A stretch of 64,000 nt of DNA from a virus (IMGVR_UViG_3300021254_000035:2420-66419), one strand, 5' to 3'. Positions 48,601 through 53,348 are shown, counted from the first letter of the stretch. The notes: a model not told the origin generated them from the letters alone. Translations and numbers: made by a program.

Positions 48601-48838
48601 CAACGAACGGCTGAAGCAGCTGCATGAGATTGAAGATGCAGGAAAGGACACGCGCCGTTGGGAGAATTCCTTTGGAGAGTGGATAGATATCCATGATATG
48701 CTACTTGATTACCGCCGCGACATCAAGGATATGAAGAAAGATCTTGATGGAAGTAATGACAAGGAGGTTATGGATAAGATCAGGAAGCTCAGGAAGGAAG
48801 TGATGACAAGAATAGACAACATGGATAAAGCTGAATAA
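30650..48838 (+). CDS. Giant polyvalent internal virion protein (6062 aa)
   Basis: Recognisable domains (approx. nt): inorganic pyrophosphatase-like GNYKKGH..ENPKGS.R..DGDHLDVF (36800-37250); Pol-beta nucleotidyltransferase HGSRMRG..DSDID (37480-37700); PBECR/RelE-like RNase (37760-38130); LPD5-like KIEDVGEVIAGARKD (from 38325); LPD1 zincin HEWWH (39640-40450); JAB/RadC HNHPSG plus a degenerate copy (41100-41930); zincins HENIH and HEYGH; DEIQS domain (43000-44930). Confidence 0.85.
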   Translation: MNNDNLRNLYKTFEKEGYEMPSYEDFEKDMQDDNNLHDAWETLKGDGYEPPEYDTFKTDMGFGAAPEAQPAETVSVSGQGTPQVNYSQAVYDRYENQVPKRTGNNDAVVQSLDEIAAEMEREKPGSSKPGFFEGMSFEGMGKQLKEGGKNVIGKILGFFDNKQDKGSIGNMEAAAMPTEEQMVQHGGSIGYQAGESVGTLADTAGTGAVVGNVIQKNAQPAFYEEQQQRVDPAKPLVEQELMNDDRGFGEFMQQGIDRFRKGQQETDPTLDDEGNQLQIPLYNQEAALRGDIQRIDADVMRKFNEELASNKQQAGEYMRNTPGNPFAPTEVNLMNIGREANKIADPSKAIESAIKYADEQTKDMPDEVRYQVIESLLGQMEEQLINERIPSGTAEYVFWRGFKDSDLGRIMSSVVDTNYEKYLDQVAASRYKAGFWENLGKGAVTLASDMWEYVLPAGAAGKAGKWAGGKISGRIMNDLIRRGVPKSQAARIAERLTANSVGKSILQHGASNAVTFGTAGAISGAVEGLTEPATVDGMSIERARMERDMHMPDPIFGVDQHDALDAKIKEAEAEQYSAKNLFGKIFERAAWGVGTGVATSFGAPLGEIIGHGRGVAGKILGDATRLGVNATAMTGVGALEQATTPGAQPLTFEDLLLAEANNLLTFGALEARGIYNRAKNYRNIQQFEKAYDITDADKAKMKDLGYGDMLDAVEQLTTGKTAGAQPAEKKPNVITRLVNGERVSEVKMPQTKESSGVDQVESQNLKNGLQQLVNDYNAGRISEEEARKWYGLITGDYSQQLQPITGVSQRTDISPEGKVQHFVDYLDAQGRRVRTVEAKTEEEAKQLSDDYRQEAQLNQISALEDMVTDKDVQEHFAETVRRDFGGSSGSETEGTETISTGGVREKIDRLNDLRARKKLHEMGEGKALTAEEERMLEEGLSTYERDVANIFGREDQLQEALQKQAEGGDLLPYEESLIQSAQNIYRNHAGHSKAASDFAREFEKRNGMEEGTLSQILEKKDRSEAEQKAVDDYVTDLQEYLRPRTEQVEIEEAGNPTTNATESVVDMAPGVEPPTETPAGDAAQTAVASEAYSKGQAAVQANDAAAMRNIGYEMQKADARMSKLFTDDEAKAIYDAVESGDEEALATVTQKHTEPAKLDAIEKLKEAHDAMRGIEDAINDSYIGNDEAIRAEIEPYQNEQGEIVFLKLSNGSSVYYVSGDLNNAYGTVMVAYTGEDGSVRHAQVPVKEITETGTPVGIDDYVQVRAEMDRKVDDERYKGIISGTELRKGNQVELTMGNTTGVFTVDGFFSNGDVQLRDENGGVIRMTKDEALEMMQATEDKRINQDLADEQAAYKEAERVRQEEEKARLEAQRKFEEERRGKIAEIQKTVVDEAAARPQPTEQNEEATKWNGLAIADVADAEGVRKYLLDKYESEADADTFMNEQRRILKSHQRDEIQPEIDKIRKQLDDYTTGKVELSDEELTGLITQLSGWETEQNRLNGVAEALKDISDALPKTYAERNADVLKNSTPYEQRMAELSKARTNEDKVRIARKLYGNDPDVGTLFDDLDVPADATELVSMFLKPRVLRWEGVDQGGVHLRGVEDELGKHMKRGVGRNVDSNNINTFLAAKGEGKTVDEFVHDIWESPENHPVGAEEKRFDDTEIRNALINLLLSAKNPTEIRDLIIDGRIAEAERILKEVQDREEEYEMQSWAESYHLPASERESYESELLRVGEEYSSLSDDDIQKINAIFAEQNELRDEQNRRSQEMDRQPIVAGAGGEGSGGQAEVQRQGAEADVTKNQGRQVNREGENLTDGTAVPGSDVAGGAQGEFERSIDELGRIEEEWNDKILDYVSQHYPTQAVVSAQTNSPKGKAERKAMLEDPVYQEMVRQQKEALDAADKKVTEAYKKEEEKQANLKPKTELEDNQNYSNEERKALQYVDGESIDEYVKRNDGIAMKEKLEEMYLRGKYGDQWNTIEELFSNKLTNENAYDMGVRAGSMVEDNHEGYALLNLLNNIPVDAVLPFYDGVSSFTARLARAINETNTNPTDGQKEAGNYKKGHLQFGGYNFTVENPKGSVRSGKDASGKPWSITMHNTYGYLTGKGNLGKDGDHLDVFINDDADLDNWNGNVFVVDQVNSDGSFDEHKIMYGFDNEVDALRNYLMNYSRPWHGMGNITGVDKATFDKWVESSNRKQKPFAETRFGDNRDVVEKVMDGIEKKKEVADLSEPKIENNHPSSKVIQGLEDITVEDFLEGVRGDIESILSDNDLSDIVTIKGLALHGSRMRGDAREDSDIDVVVEYEGDISEDGLFNILSDADLAVNGIPVDINPITKGKSGTLEQYMEQSRKYDEEIAKKRQKTEQSKYQLSSETDSEGNRFFEKEGSIDLWTLPKLFAKARRQDAPIRLTERNLQHIIDEHHKEIGNTDDVLAFLDNIFNNAPVLRKARGRGMFVVVEQEKTDKAAIIKLMPSENGDYYNVETAGYYRKNKWKEYEDVIADLREPDQSDAVTDVSKPQTSNQNGRKSINAETQTSSSEGKDKKNIDTLQEKGNKNAKKNENKIEDVGEVIAGARKDMRRKIAESIDSATEKTLIDLPFSKAYKKPDLKKAVEEGALREEDATFYDAFFSTMVNPSKPKVVQSELRMKKWKPDYKTKVERWAEATHEALQVLKEFVEATEEQRDEIIRKALENKYPMRDVELAEIEKRKEWNKDRDFKAGDKTTPNPLWVTYEVMKQLDYKPGEKLDIPYGLLKADAHGTGYYLYNAKNETNYNFHPQSVEDGISDIVWLAKLKRGDADIQHPISSFSTPSTKSETGETGRYRVIWGGSNIKTRDFDNKKEADEFAASRKQQSLVSPIREVVRRFGYKVVFRNPLTNDKIVVDDQEFDTKNEAQAYLEDNYDELNEKLNNILSEQRKDKKRTELKADDLVFVSMVRGNDNKWTYGVIMDKKYANYYGMPRVLKEGFATRDEAKKYAESIKDEVFSTYKNYKTKQKNIVYFDTGENSRLGEDYRGGKDVSAEDFMNTFGFRGVQFGNWTNQADRQMAVNQAYDAFLDLAKLIGVSPQALSLNGELGIAFGARGAGGFAAHYEPGEIVINLTKTQGAGSLAHEWWHALDNYFARAAGEKGGMVTDDSRLEMRPELRDAYNTLTRQVAASKYFARSKAKGDYWGRMHEVTARLLAEWVDQELKKRGELNTFLSRGANTERTMENNYLFYEVMQKIAGKEVMPFEEFKKTDEAMSGSPYPSKAEVDSFADAMRNIFDVMQERKDEETGNIMLYEPDFEYNAQEPRPRRRNPKVVSHIEGNLFPEEKEGELFDDKKAAAKPQPTKKPESKLEKLSDKQLLEGIGQNANSKDWDLYIDEYDKRHRDEYQDALAAYSDMLEKENVSLEDAYGMYADVAAKWNDKGFASDERSKLMAQVDALEEYVDRLESEAIEREEAEEEEAAAKQQPAEKKARYEEDKTDVRAHGYDLTKIRLRELGEGEVSHVERRYVENGSFSFTGGEHIESAADVAYIFRQLEDAAVENSFMVLIKDGVPTVIHLAIGSYNAVHAPIEQAFAAYKEIDPDNVIFLHNHPSGNLVASREDLALQKKVEAMFGRKALPGIIINTKSGKYAEFNSEGSNQIGLRPKSVDKDIPVRVFNFSKQVFAKDWNPETAFEGSDSRSMAAFVSSHRLGDHNKMSLIVMDQAGHITGNIFLPWTTTNEISKQANALQIATYVNQMGGRYALIYGNTTVTDSKDIKILKTNLDGYNVKLRDVMTIEGSAHDKGLLFEPDVVYKGSAKDMMEAVGKQYHGKEMVFLDKTHGEEQLLKDLGMYDEVTKMKGSPEYDAIMEHLRKNLGKAGASYNRDTKKIYIFAPEMTSSYAEEAYFHENIHAILDDWYGDGKRTIAERFWNVMPDDGKVNKAYVKEKSTDKSEYAEEAFAYWLSRSMQDGDVADFLNYFDEADKERINNILKTFGYDAEKESERRVRLRRNQHVSEAQSGYSETDEGLSRSESEGSGAGVKSGTLAYIKDVTLPSESSTSAQGDQYTKPAGVDSSEGKDKKNSDTLQEKPQKYDYGEINTGEKEREAKELATKAVMQVLDNSGVSYHEVSQAEAMAVLRKTQALREGRSFHVDTPVFVSNALKAVEGIRQEKATPEQWLAMIQKNGGLKAGEDKWLGLSDWLKEQASAKRSLTKNEVLDYIRENQIQVEETNYKEYFDVDDNPQMQKFRKEFDGLVEKYESEKNAVEQEANTFNDEMYQKYGGGWANDPERLNEEDRKRNDDMVERWNNMNDSDPHDLAFREMVDNYGDDFEMAFEVNYGNGNLEPQMDMYDEEISDAAKHFLQFEDEPINSTRLSYTTEGLENKKEIALTVPTIDPYNESDNIHFGDAGGGRAVAWIRFGETTLPEDGGEKRRAAEAIEADNAKWYAAHQDFARYGIGDADGSLSKESEERNERQRKAFAEAYAVPQTRKVLVIDEIQSKRHQDAREKGYISDDAKSRLEEARKNVDFAQQEYDNYVVMLKKQHKGEAFEDFYSDLPVLQREMVDSLEQDVYKASEEFEKASEAANSVPDAPFEKNWHELAMKRMLRYAAENGYDKIAWTTGDQQAERYNIGNVVEKIISYDYPEVNDPDGRKTKKIEVRLKDGETMTMRVGQNGKVIEGRSDTEGKDLTDVVGKELAKRIMDGEGKDGTIFDANKDLPAKVIEGEGLRIGGEGMKGFYDQMIPRFMDKYGKKWGVKTGEVELPGLAPAGKYSSKTAKMWAIDVTPEMKESVMQGQPMFSVAGKEPMVTSEGVVYGYTDGKDIYLTDEGINPETPAHEYGHLWVKAIKKNRPDLWENIKDLMREDEVSQKIYQKLLGDNNYNQIHGDEDELYEEVLTNMGGAKNRERFEQAAREVLDEAEGMDETMKIANVISKIRRAFRKLWDWIGKDLFGIKKFKSVDEVTDRMMYDFVEGTDVKTGVEDAVIKQPTEPRNVSFQAGKGKPRQKKGEGMASYFNRLREWERRKMAEEDESDPMPIMPDTEGIEDFEELKRIQDEYRKLYQEWEVRHGIADLENADLGLYDVATGKKDVSQPTEEEQLLDQEIDARVLQDIGNAVGFNTTPEGARKQVKYAVINRRKNLESASAEDAIFIHDLTKRLDDIAKNISSQGGEKVTGKMLREALPDIIEGTYGYDIVKADNGEWIRMDHRAAMPIQMTPSLQKVLDDIKDWYDEFYHVLEDAGLRGNAGYIAEGYVNHIWDKEKSDPKAWKEYVENYQRTKSPNMKKREIPTYAEGIAVGLVPKFTDITDIMSYYSRSNNEAVANRKFLDDLACINIDELNKDGEVVRSLPLITNVEPYHLDKESYTKPYDVPGVGDVWVHKAAKQRFASVFGTMRTADIPDWVHSLGKGWDVIGGTAKKIQLSFSGFHAGALTEVALAQMRPDKGMRALMEYVVLDSIKKGTLPAYAHPEDFKLAAKHLVNLGATADYAAADVNMITEKLRNFVRDLANEQNLAKKGIGKAMTPVAAMLDFMNKGMDTVLWNYIHDGFKIACFKMFAEQVEKRLNKIYGQNGLDGQNGLSKEEMREQLLDEAGQYVNDTFGGQYWELLGVTPAQLKWMRRALLSPDWLVSTQRHFLANFGIGSLYNEGGFLEYMRYNADNLKRAFGVDIPRNELRRFRSKNAKQCYILGVCVFFYSLMNAINAIVRKSDEDNERMKAEEIRKTDPNYRSPYELAYPEGMKWYDYTMYGNTIGQQTHLLLGRYKDGTEWYARWGKQFREFPELFMGRHGVEFPAPMIERMMGKSNPMISYIRDGLGTLDVHGFDIPYQEKETVEKYGKEIAFLSMTAKHFLPFSVPTQADKEFKTWDLVMPSQKGFTRWKAVDFFKTYINAGDMHGIERTYHAAVMNNLNAEECLQAAIASVKATQKKELVDGVTDLPSAFEAFDNAKTLKERQLMRKKIIQYMTGEDYRAFTMADAREKALSFWEGDKEQTITKDNDKYIMQATAEDIRDDYKMDALYKKSNERLKQLHEIEDAGKDTRRWENSFGEWIDIHDMLLDYRRDIKDMKKDLDGSNDKEVMDKIRKLRKEVMTRIDNMDKAE
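35931..36161 (+). CDS. Overprinted 76-aa helical protein nested out of frame in the giant gene
   Basis: K/E/L-rich amphipathic sequence; TATCTTTG -7 box about 20 nt upstream; the main frame here reads as a G/R/Q-rich linker. Confidence 0.55.
   Translation: MNKIEEAKKWIASLSSQELVEKVQEAKQKYSDKVPKLMLRKIKEGKSTEKEKTLQMAQLFLVQMWLEEHKENLSDQ
38250..38295 (-). promoter_or_regulatory. Embedded antisense promoter, copy 1 (46-nt repeat)
   Basis: Minus strand CTTG-N20-TATCTTTG; 43/46 identical to 42759-42804. Confidence 0.6.
42525..42659 (+). CDS. Overprinted 44-aa protein nested out of frame in the giant gene
   Basis: MTQKKNQKEEFVCGGINMFRRLKADIQKLTKGYQDRKAKEAEQE; main frame is an R/S/G linker; upstream AACATTTG is an imperfect -7 box. 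Confidence 0.4.
   Translation: MTQKKNQKEEFVCGGINMFRRLKADIQKLTKGYQDRKAKEAEQE
42759..42804 (-). promoter_or_regulatory. Embedded antisense promoter, copy 2 (46-nt repeat)
   Basis: Minus strand CTTG-N20-TATCTTTG; near-identical to 38250-38295. Confidence 0.6.
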
Positions 48839-48840
48839 GA

Positions 48841-48876
48841 AAGAGGGGCTGACACGCTTTGTTGCCAGCCCCTCTT
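48841..48876. terminator. Bidirectional terminator
   Basis: AAGAGGGGCTG/CAGCCCCTCTT 11-bp stem between convergent operons. Confidence 0.8.
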
Positions 48877-48901
48877 GAATACCAACACGGCAAAGTGATG
48901 G

Positions 48902-49180
48902 TTATAGCTTCCTTAGCAGCTTGTGTCCAATCCAAATAAGTCCGTCTGTGAGAAAGTTACCAGAGATGTTTGCCAGCAGATCTGAAGCGAACGGATATTT
49001 ACCTATCTTGCGGGACACATCATCGATCTTCGCGTTCTGTGCGCTCAGAGCCTGCATAATCTCATCCCTGCTCTTGTCTTGCATGGTGAGCATGACAAAC
49101 GTTCTCTTCTCCTCTTCGCTCATCTTATCGTAGAACTGTTCAAGGAGTTTTCTTCTCATCAGCTCACGGTATCCGCTCAT
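48902..49180 (-). CDS. Cassette gene 7: small helical protein with hydrophobic C-terminus
   Basis: ORF coupled to the upstream gene by a 4-nt overlap. Confidence 0.65.
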   Translation of the reverse strand: MSGYRELMRRKLLEQFYDKMSEEEKRTFVMLTMQDKSRDEIMQALSAQNAKIDDVSRKIGKYPFASDLLANISGNFLTDGLIWIGHKLLRKL

Positions 49181-49659
49181 ACGTTGAAGTAGTGACGGAT
49201 ATCAAACACTCCATCTGCGTCTGTCAGCTTGTCAACAGCCAAGTCGTGTACGAACTTGAACAGATTGTTTGCATCGACGTACTTTGACATTGTGCCGGAG
49301 CTGTCGGACATCAACATGTTCATCGTTACCCAAAGAGCGCAGGAGTTGTAGCAAGGCTTCTCCTCCAGTGCGAATCCGCTCTGCTCCATGGCGTTCTTCC
49401 ATTGATCACGGTTCCAGGGAGCCTTCGGATCCATCTTTGCCACGATGGTTTCTGCCTCCTTCGGCGTGAGATAGTTATCCCAGCGAATGCTTTCAAGGCG
49501 TTCAATATACTCCTCAGCCTTTGCAGGACTGATTTGGATCATGTCTTCCATCATGGATGACATTACTCGCCCGAAAGCCTTCATGTTTTCGGGATTCTTA
49601 CTGTTGGCCATGTACTCGTACAGGCTCCAGTACTTCTGTTTCATTTCCTGTGCGTTCAT
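49177..49659 (-). CDS. Cassette gene 6: helical protein resembling the DUF7841-type gut-phage family
   Basis: YN..ALWVTMNM..SD...LAVDKL.D.DG pattern. Confidence 0.6.
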   Translation of the reverse strand: MNAQEMKQKYWSLYEYMANSKNPENMKAFGRVMSSMMEDMIQISPAKAEEYIERLESIRWDNYLTPKEAETIVAKMDPKAPWNRDQWKNAMEQSGFALEEKPCYNSCALWVTMNMLMSDSSGTMSKYVDANNLFKFVHDLAVDKLTDADGVFDIRHYFNV

Positions 49660-49695
49660 TTTCTTTTCGTTTTAGTCGGTGTTTTTGCAGGTTTG

Positions 49696-50058
49696 CTACA
49701 ATTCGGACACGGAGCCTGCGGAATCACTGCATTCTGGATCTGCGGGAGCCGAGCCGTCATTACCTGTTGTGACAATCTTCTCATATAACTTCATGAATAA
49801 TGTGTCAATGAATGATTCAAATAGTTCAAGCCATACGGCCAGATAAGAGCATAGGAAGGATACGGCGCACATCGATGGTATAGTTGCAACACGGTTGCAA
49901 CATACTGAACAGTATGCGAGAACGAACCAGAAGGTGCTACACTTGGGGCAGTTCACTATCCATAGAGTGCGATGTATTGCATTTTCTATGGCACTAATCA
50001 ATCCGAGGTGGTTCATTGTTACGCAAGTGAACACGATGCACGCAATATCCATCCACAT
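49696..50058 (-). CDS. Cassette gene 5: membrane protein with CPKC motif
   Basis: Three hydrophobic segments; NHLG and CPKCSTFW. Confidence 0.7.
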   Translation of the reverse strand: MWMDIACIVFTCVTMNHLGLISAIENAIHRTLWIVNCPKCSTFWFVLAYCSVCCNRVATIPSMCAVSFLCSYLAVWLELFESFIDTLFMKLYEKIVTTGNDGSAPADPECSDSAGSVSEL

Positions 50059-50059
50059 C

Positions 50060-50500
50060 CTAAGCAGTCGTTACGTTAAGCGTTGTCGTTACGGCAATGC
50101 AGTTGGTGGTGGTGTCACATGGCTTCGCGTTTGTAGGTGCAGCCACACTGTTTCCGATGGCCAGTGTGGGTACGGCAGCAGACGAACACGGAACGCAAAT
50201 GGTACAATAGATGTTCTCTGTACGTGGACACACATTGCAGTTACATCCGCAAACGAAAGGCAGATAGGTTACGCTTCCGCTGACAAGCACTTCCTGACAG
50301 AAGGATCCGTTCCCCACATCGACAGGAACGCCGATTGCCTTTGCTTTGAGATCGGCAGTGACGGGGAAAGCCTCGTTAATACATAGTTTACGGTTACCAC
50401 AAGTGTAGTGGTCGAGAGCCAGCAGGTAGCTGGCATTAGCGGCCGTGCCGCCTGGAATCGTAGTAAGAGATACTACGAAGGTTTTTCCGTTGTTGTTCAT
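50060..50500 (-). CDS. Cassette gene 4: Cys-rich beta-sandwich-like protein
   Basis: CGCNCNVCP and CTICVPC; Thr/Val-rich. Confidence 0.7.
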   Translation of the reverse strand: MNNNGKTFVVSLTTIPGGTAANASYLLALDHYTCGNRKLCINEAFPVTADLKAKAIGVPVDVGNGSFCQEVLVSGSVTYLPFVCGCNCNVCPRTENIYCTICVPCSSAAVPTLAIGNSVAAPTNAKPCDTTTNCIAVTTTLNVTTA

Positions 50501-50643
50501 AATTCATTGTGTTTGTGATGTTATTATTTTGGGGTTCTATTGTATTACGCCTACCCCTTGTTGCGTTGTATTTTATTGCCCGCTGGAGAAACAGCGGGAA
50601 GGGTGGCAGATTACGCTAGAGAAACAGCGGGCACTGGGGCTGA

Positions 50644-50886
50644 TCAGGCTGGGGAAGAAGCGGGAATGGTGGAAGGTGTCGGTATAGATTCTGAAGGAGC
50701 GAAGAGAACTGCATCCGTGTTCTGCATGGCCTCTATTTTCTCCGTAAGGACTTTCACCTGGTTGCTTAACTGCTCCAGCTGTCTCATGTTGCTGTAAGCT
50801 AACTGTGATGCACAGAACTGTCGCTGGTATGCTATACAGTTCATGCAGTTACCTGTACATCTCTGTGGATTATTGTTTTCTGGCAT
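50644..50886 (-). CDS. Cassette gene 3: CxxxCxxC protein with coiled coil
   Basis: CTGNCMNC...C, then LEQLSNQVKVLTEKIEAM. Confidence 0.65.
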   Translation of the reverse strand: MPENNNPQRCTGNCMNCIAYQRQFCASQLAYSNMRQLEQLSNQVKVLTEKIEAMQNTDAVLFAPSESIPTPSTIPASSPA

Positions 50887-50892
50887 GATGAC

Positions 50893-51102
50893 TTATTGTT
50901 TGAAGAATTTGATAATTTGTGATGCAATAAAGGGACTTTCGTTGAGCTTTGCCACCGCCTCTGCTATCTTGTTCCCTGAGACCATGGCACCGTGCTGTCC
51001 CATTATGTTTATAAACTGGATAATGGCCTTACGTCCACGCTCTGCCTCCTGATCGCTGTCTGCGTAGATGTTGAAGGAGATCTGTCTGATATTCTGATCC
51101 AT
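50893..51102 (-). CDS. Cassette gene 2b: small alpha/beta protein
   Basis: 69-aa ORF with tight spacing. Confidence 0.65.
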   Translation of the reverse strand: MDQNIRQISFNIYADSDQEAERGRKAIIQFINIMGQHGAMVSGNKIAEAVAKLNESPFIASQIIKFFKQ

Positions 51103-51164
51103 ACTGTTGCCGTGTTATGTTTACACAATTATTGTTGAAAAATTTGCGCAATTTTATCAAATAA

Positions 51165-51524
51165 TTATTCGTTGATCGGTGGAAGCGGTGCTGCCGTTTC
51201 CATATTCGAAACAGGCAGTGCGCCCTTATTCTTGATAATAGAATAGACAAGCTGGTATCCCTGCACCAGTTCTTCCTGGTTCTCTTTCAGCCATCCATAG
51301 ATTCCAGAAGCACCGTCTTTCATCTGCTGCATGAATGTGGGTGGAACGGGATCGAAGTCAGGCAGGTTCAGATTCTTGTTGTAGAAGTCGAACATCTCCT
51401 GTGCTTTGGCAAGATCACCCTTGTTGTAGTACATGGCCACCTGTAAGAGTTGTGCCTTTGATGTAGGGACGTAGTTCTGAATGAATTCCATTTTCTTCTT
51501 TTTAGCATTGTTGAACCATTTCAT
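51165..51524 (-). CDS. Cassette gene 2a: hypothetical protein
   Basis: PTSKAQLLQVAMYYNKGDL.KAQEMFDFY..LPDFDP; start at 51524 or 51491. Confidence 0.65.
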   Translation of the reverse strand: MKWFNNAKKKKMEFIQNYVPTSKAQLLQVAMYYNKGDLAKAQEMFDFYNKNLNLPDFDPVPPTFMQQMKDGASGIYGWLKENQEELVQGYQLVYSIIKNKGALPVSNMETAAPLPPINE

Positions 51525-51550
51525 TTGCCGTGTTTGTTTTGGGAAAGGAA

Positions 51551-51569
51551 GCTGCGGCATTGCCGCAGC
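51551..51569. other. Intergenic perfect hairpin after the first cassette gene
   Basis: GCTGCGGC-ATT-GCCGCAGC. Confidence 0.6.
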
Positions 51570-51591
51570 CTACCTGAACTGTTTGATGCGT

Positions 51592-52089
51592 TTAGTCGTT
51601 GTCGCAACCACAACCACATCCGCACTTGAACGGACGAGCCGGTGACATGAGTTCGACCTTCTGGGCGTTCTCACTGTAACGGCCTGTCATGAGACCGGCG
51701 ATCACCTGCTGCACCACGTCCTGTGTGACGGTCTGGCTCTGTGATCCCTGTTGGCTACCGCTGAGTGTATCATTGATGGTTGTCGTGATGTTCACGTCAC
51801 CTGCGATACGCTCTGCACGCTCTCCTGCAATGCTCTGAGCATTCAGTTTCACCAGTTCCCGGAGGTCATCGTGCTGAGACTTTGCCACCTCCTTTGCTTC
51901 ATGCGCCTTCGCTCCAGCCCATGCACCGGCAGCTACTGCAGCTACGGCCGCACCGACACCAACAGCGAGTGCACCGATGGCAGTACCGCTGGCACGTTTG
52001 GACTGCATGTGTCCGACCTTGAACTGCTCATAAGGCGACATGCCTTCCTTCTCAAGAGCTTTCATCGAAAGATAATCGTTCATTTCCAT
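51592..52089 (-). CDS. Cassette gene 1: Gly/Ala-rich TM hairpin, coiled coil and CGCGCGC tail
   Basis: GTAIGALAVGVGAAVAAVAAGAWAGA; ends FKCGCGCGCDND; preceded by TATCTTTG (52149-52156, minus). Confidence 0.75.
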   Translation of the reverse strand: MEMNDYLSMKALEKEGMSPYEQFKVGHMQSKRASGTAIGALAVGVGAAVAAVAAGAWAGAKAHEAKEVAKSQHDDLRELVKLNAQSIAGERAERIAGDVNITTTINDTLSGSQQGSQSQTVTQDVVQQVIAGLMTGRYSENAQKVELMSPARPFKCGCGCGCDND

Positions 52090-52190
52090 AGAAATACTGT
52101 GTTTGAGTTGTTAATAAATATAGGTTCTGTCATTGCGCTTTGACGTTGCAAAGATAGGGGAGATTGCGGTAATACCGAAATATACGTGAC

Positions 52191-52436
52191 TTATTCGGAT
52201 GCAGTGATTTTGCAGTCGGCTTCGAATCGTTTGATGATGTAGTAGAACTGTCGTTCTGAGATGTGATATTTCTGGGAGAGAAGGGCAGCGGCAAAGGAAA
52301 CCTTCTGTTTGTTGTTGATGATCTGCCTGTATTCCTCGTACATGGCCAGGTATCGGATGTCGCTGATGTTGATGCAGGACTTTTGCAGCGATTCAAGAAT
52401 TTTTCGTGACAGGATTAAAATTTCGACTACTTTCAT
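52191..52436 (-). CDS. Small HTH regulator (Mor-like)
   Basis: LLSQKYHISERQFYYIIKRF C-terminal HTH. Confidence 0.65.
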   Translation of the reverse strand: MKVVEILILSRKILESLQKSCINISDIRYLAMYEEYRQIINNKQKVSFAAALLSQKYHISERQFYYIIKRFEADCKITASE

Positions 52437-52467
52437 TGGAGAAATGGATTAAAATGTTTAACTTTGC

Positions 52468-52575
52468 AGTCTCTCACCACATATAAAGACACGATGATCC
52501 GTACAGTGGCATAGAGGATATTGATCCCCTGGCTTGCCGCTGTGCGGATATATTGTGAATATGTGGTGAGAGACT
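52468..52575 (+). ncRNA. Rod-shaped ncRNA (108 nt)
   Basis: Begins right after TAACTTTG (52459-52466). Stems of 17, 7, 15 and 7 bp, with G-U pairs that favour the plus strand. Confidence 0.7.
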
Positions 52576-52625
52576 ATTTACAATGCCGGGGGATTTTTCT
52601 TACCCGACAGCCTTGTTTCATTATA

Positions 52626-52650
52626 AAAACGGAGCGTTTCGCAACGCTCC
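52626..52650 (-). terminator. Intrinsic terminator
   Basis: GGAGCG/CGCTCC stem followed by a T-run on the minus strand. Confidence 0.6.
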
Positions 52651-52763
52651 AGTTTGATGACTCTAATAACTTAAAATTAACCAATGAAAATATATCAAGT
52701 CCATGAAAAAGAATCAGGTGGACTGTATAGGGTGTTGCCGTGATACAGCAACATACGTTAACA

Positions 52764-53198
52764 TTACAGATAAGGATCGGATACCTTTTTCTTGGCACGC
52801 TCCTGTGTGTACTTCTTGATCTGTTCAAGACGTTTGTTCATGGACTCCTGTTCCGACTCCTGTTTTTCCTCGCTCTTATCATAGAGCTTGCGGATGATCT
52901 CCTCGGCAGTCCACTTCCAATCATACAGCTTCAGGACGTTACCAGCAACGATACACAGATCGTAGTCGGTGTTTTCTGCTTTGTCTTCGGCAGGAATAAG
53001 CTTCCCATAGGGAACCTCATTTTCTTTGAGCAGTTTCTCGATCTCCTCCTTGCTGTGATCGTGCAGATGGATATCAACACCGATTTTCATCTTGTCGAAT
53101 GAGGCAAGTGCCTCCTTAGCATATCCGACAAGGACGAGATTACCTTTATCGTCTTTTGTTACGACGGTATTCTCCCATAATTTGATTTTCTTTGCCAT
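52764..53198 (-). CDS. Hypothetical protein, possibly a degenerate HAD-like fold
   Basis: AKEALASF..IDIHL..EEIEKLLKENEVPY resembles part of a HAD core; catalytic DxD not evident. Confidence 0.5.
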   Translation of the reverse strand: MAKKIKLWENTVVTKDDKGNLVLVGYAKEALASFDKMKIGVDIHLHDHSKEEIEKLLKENEVPYGKLIPAEDKAENTDYDLCIVAGNVLKLYDWKWTAEEIIRKLYDKSEEKQESEQESMNKRLEQIKKYTQERAKKKVSDPYL

Positions 53199-53219
53199 AA
53201 TCTATTGTTTTGTTCATCA

Positions 53220-53261
53220 CAAAATTACACATCCCTTATCAACTCAGGATGATAAATTTCC
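53220..53261 (-). promoter_or_regulatory. Late-type promoter B-prime
   Basis: Minus strand GGAAATTTATCA-N22-TAATTTTG. Confidence 0.65.
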
Positions 53262-53282
53262 TTATTTGGATGTGGCCGATTG

Positions 53283-53324
53283 GGAAATTTATCATGAGAG
53301 CGAAAGCGCGTTGGATTATCTTTG
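53283..53324 (+). promoter_or_regulatory. Late-type promoter B (portal)
   Basis: GGAAATTTATCA-N22-TATCTTTG. Confidence 0.7.
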
Positions 53325-53348
53325 CTTTGTAATTACAAAGAATCGGAT

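Noticed and set aside
30687-48614. Most other short ORFs overlapping the giant gene on either strand
   Set aside because: Composition is typical of shadow frames (S/L/F/R-rich), with no associated promoter or linker signature.
30650-48838. DarB-type methyltransferase/SNF2 helicase in the giant protein
   Set aside because: No SAM-binding/NPPY-type or DExD helicase motifs were seen.
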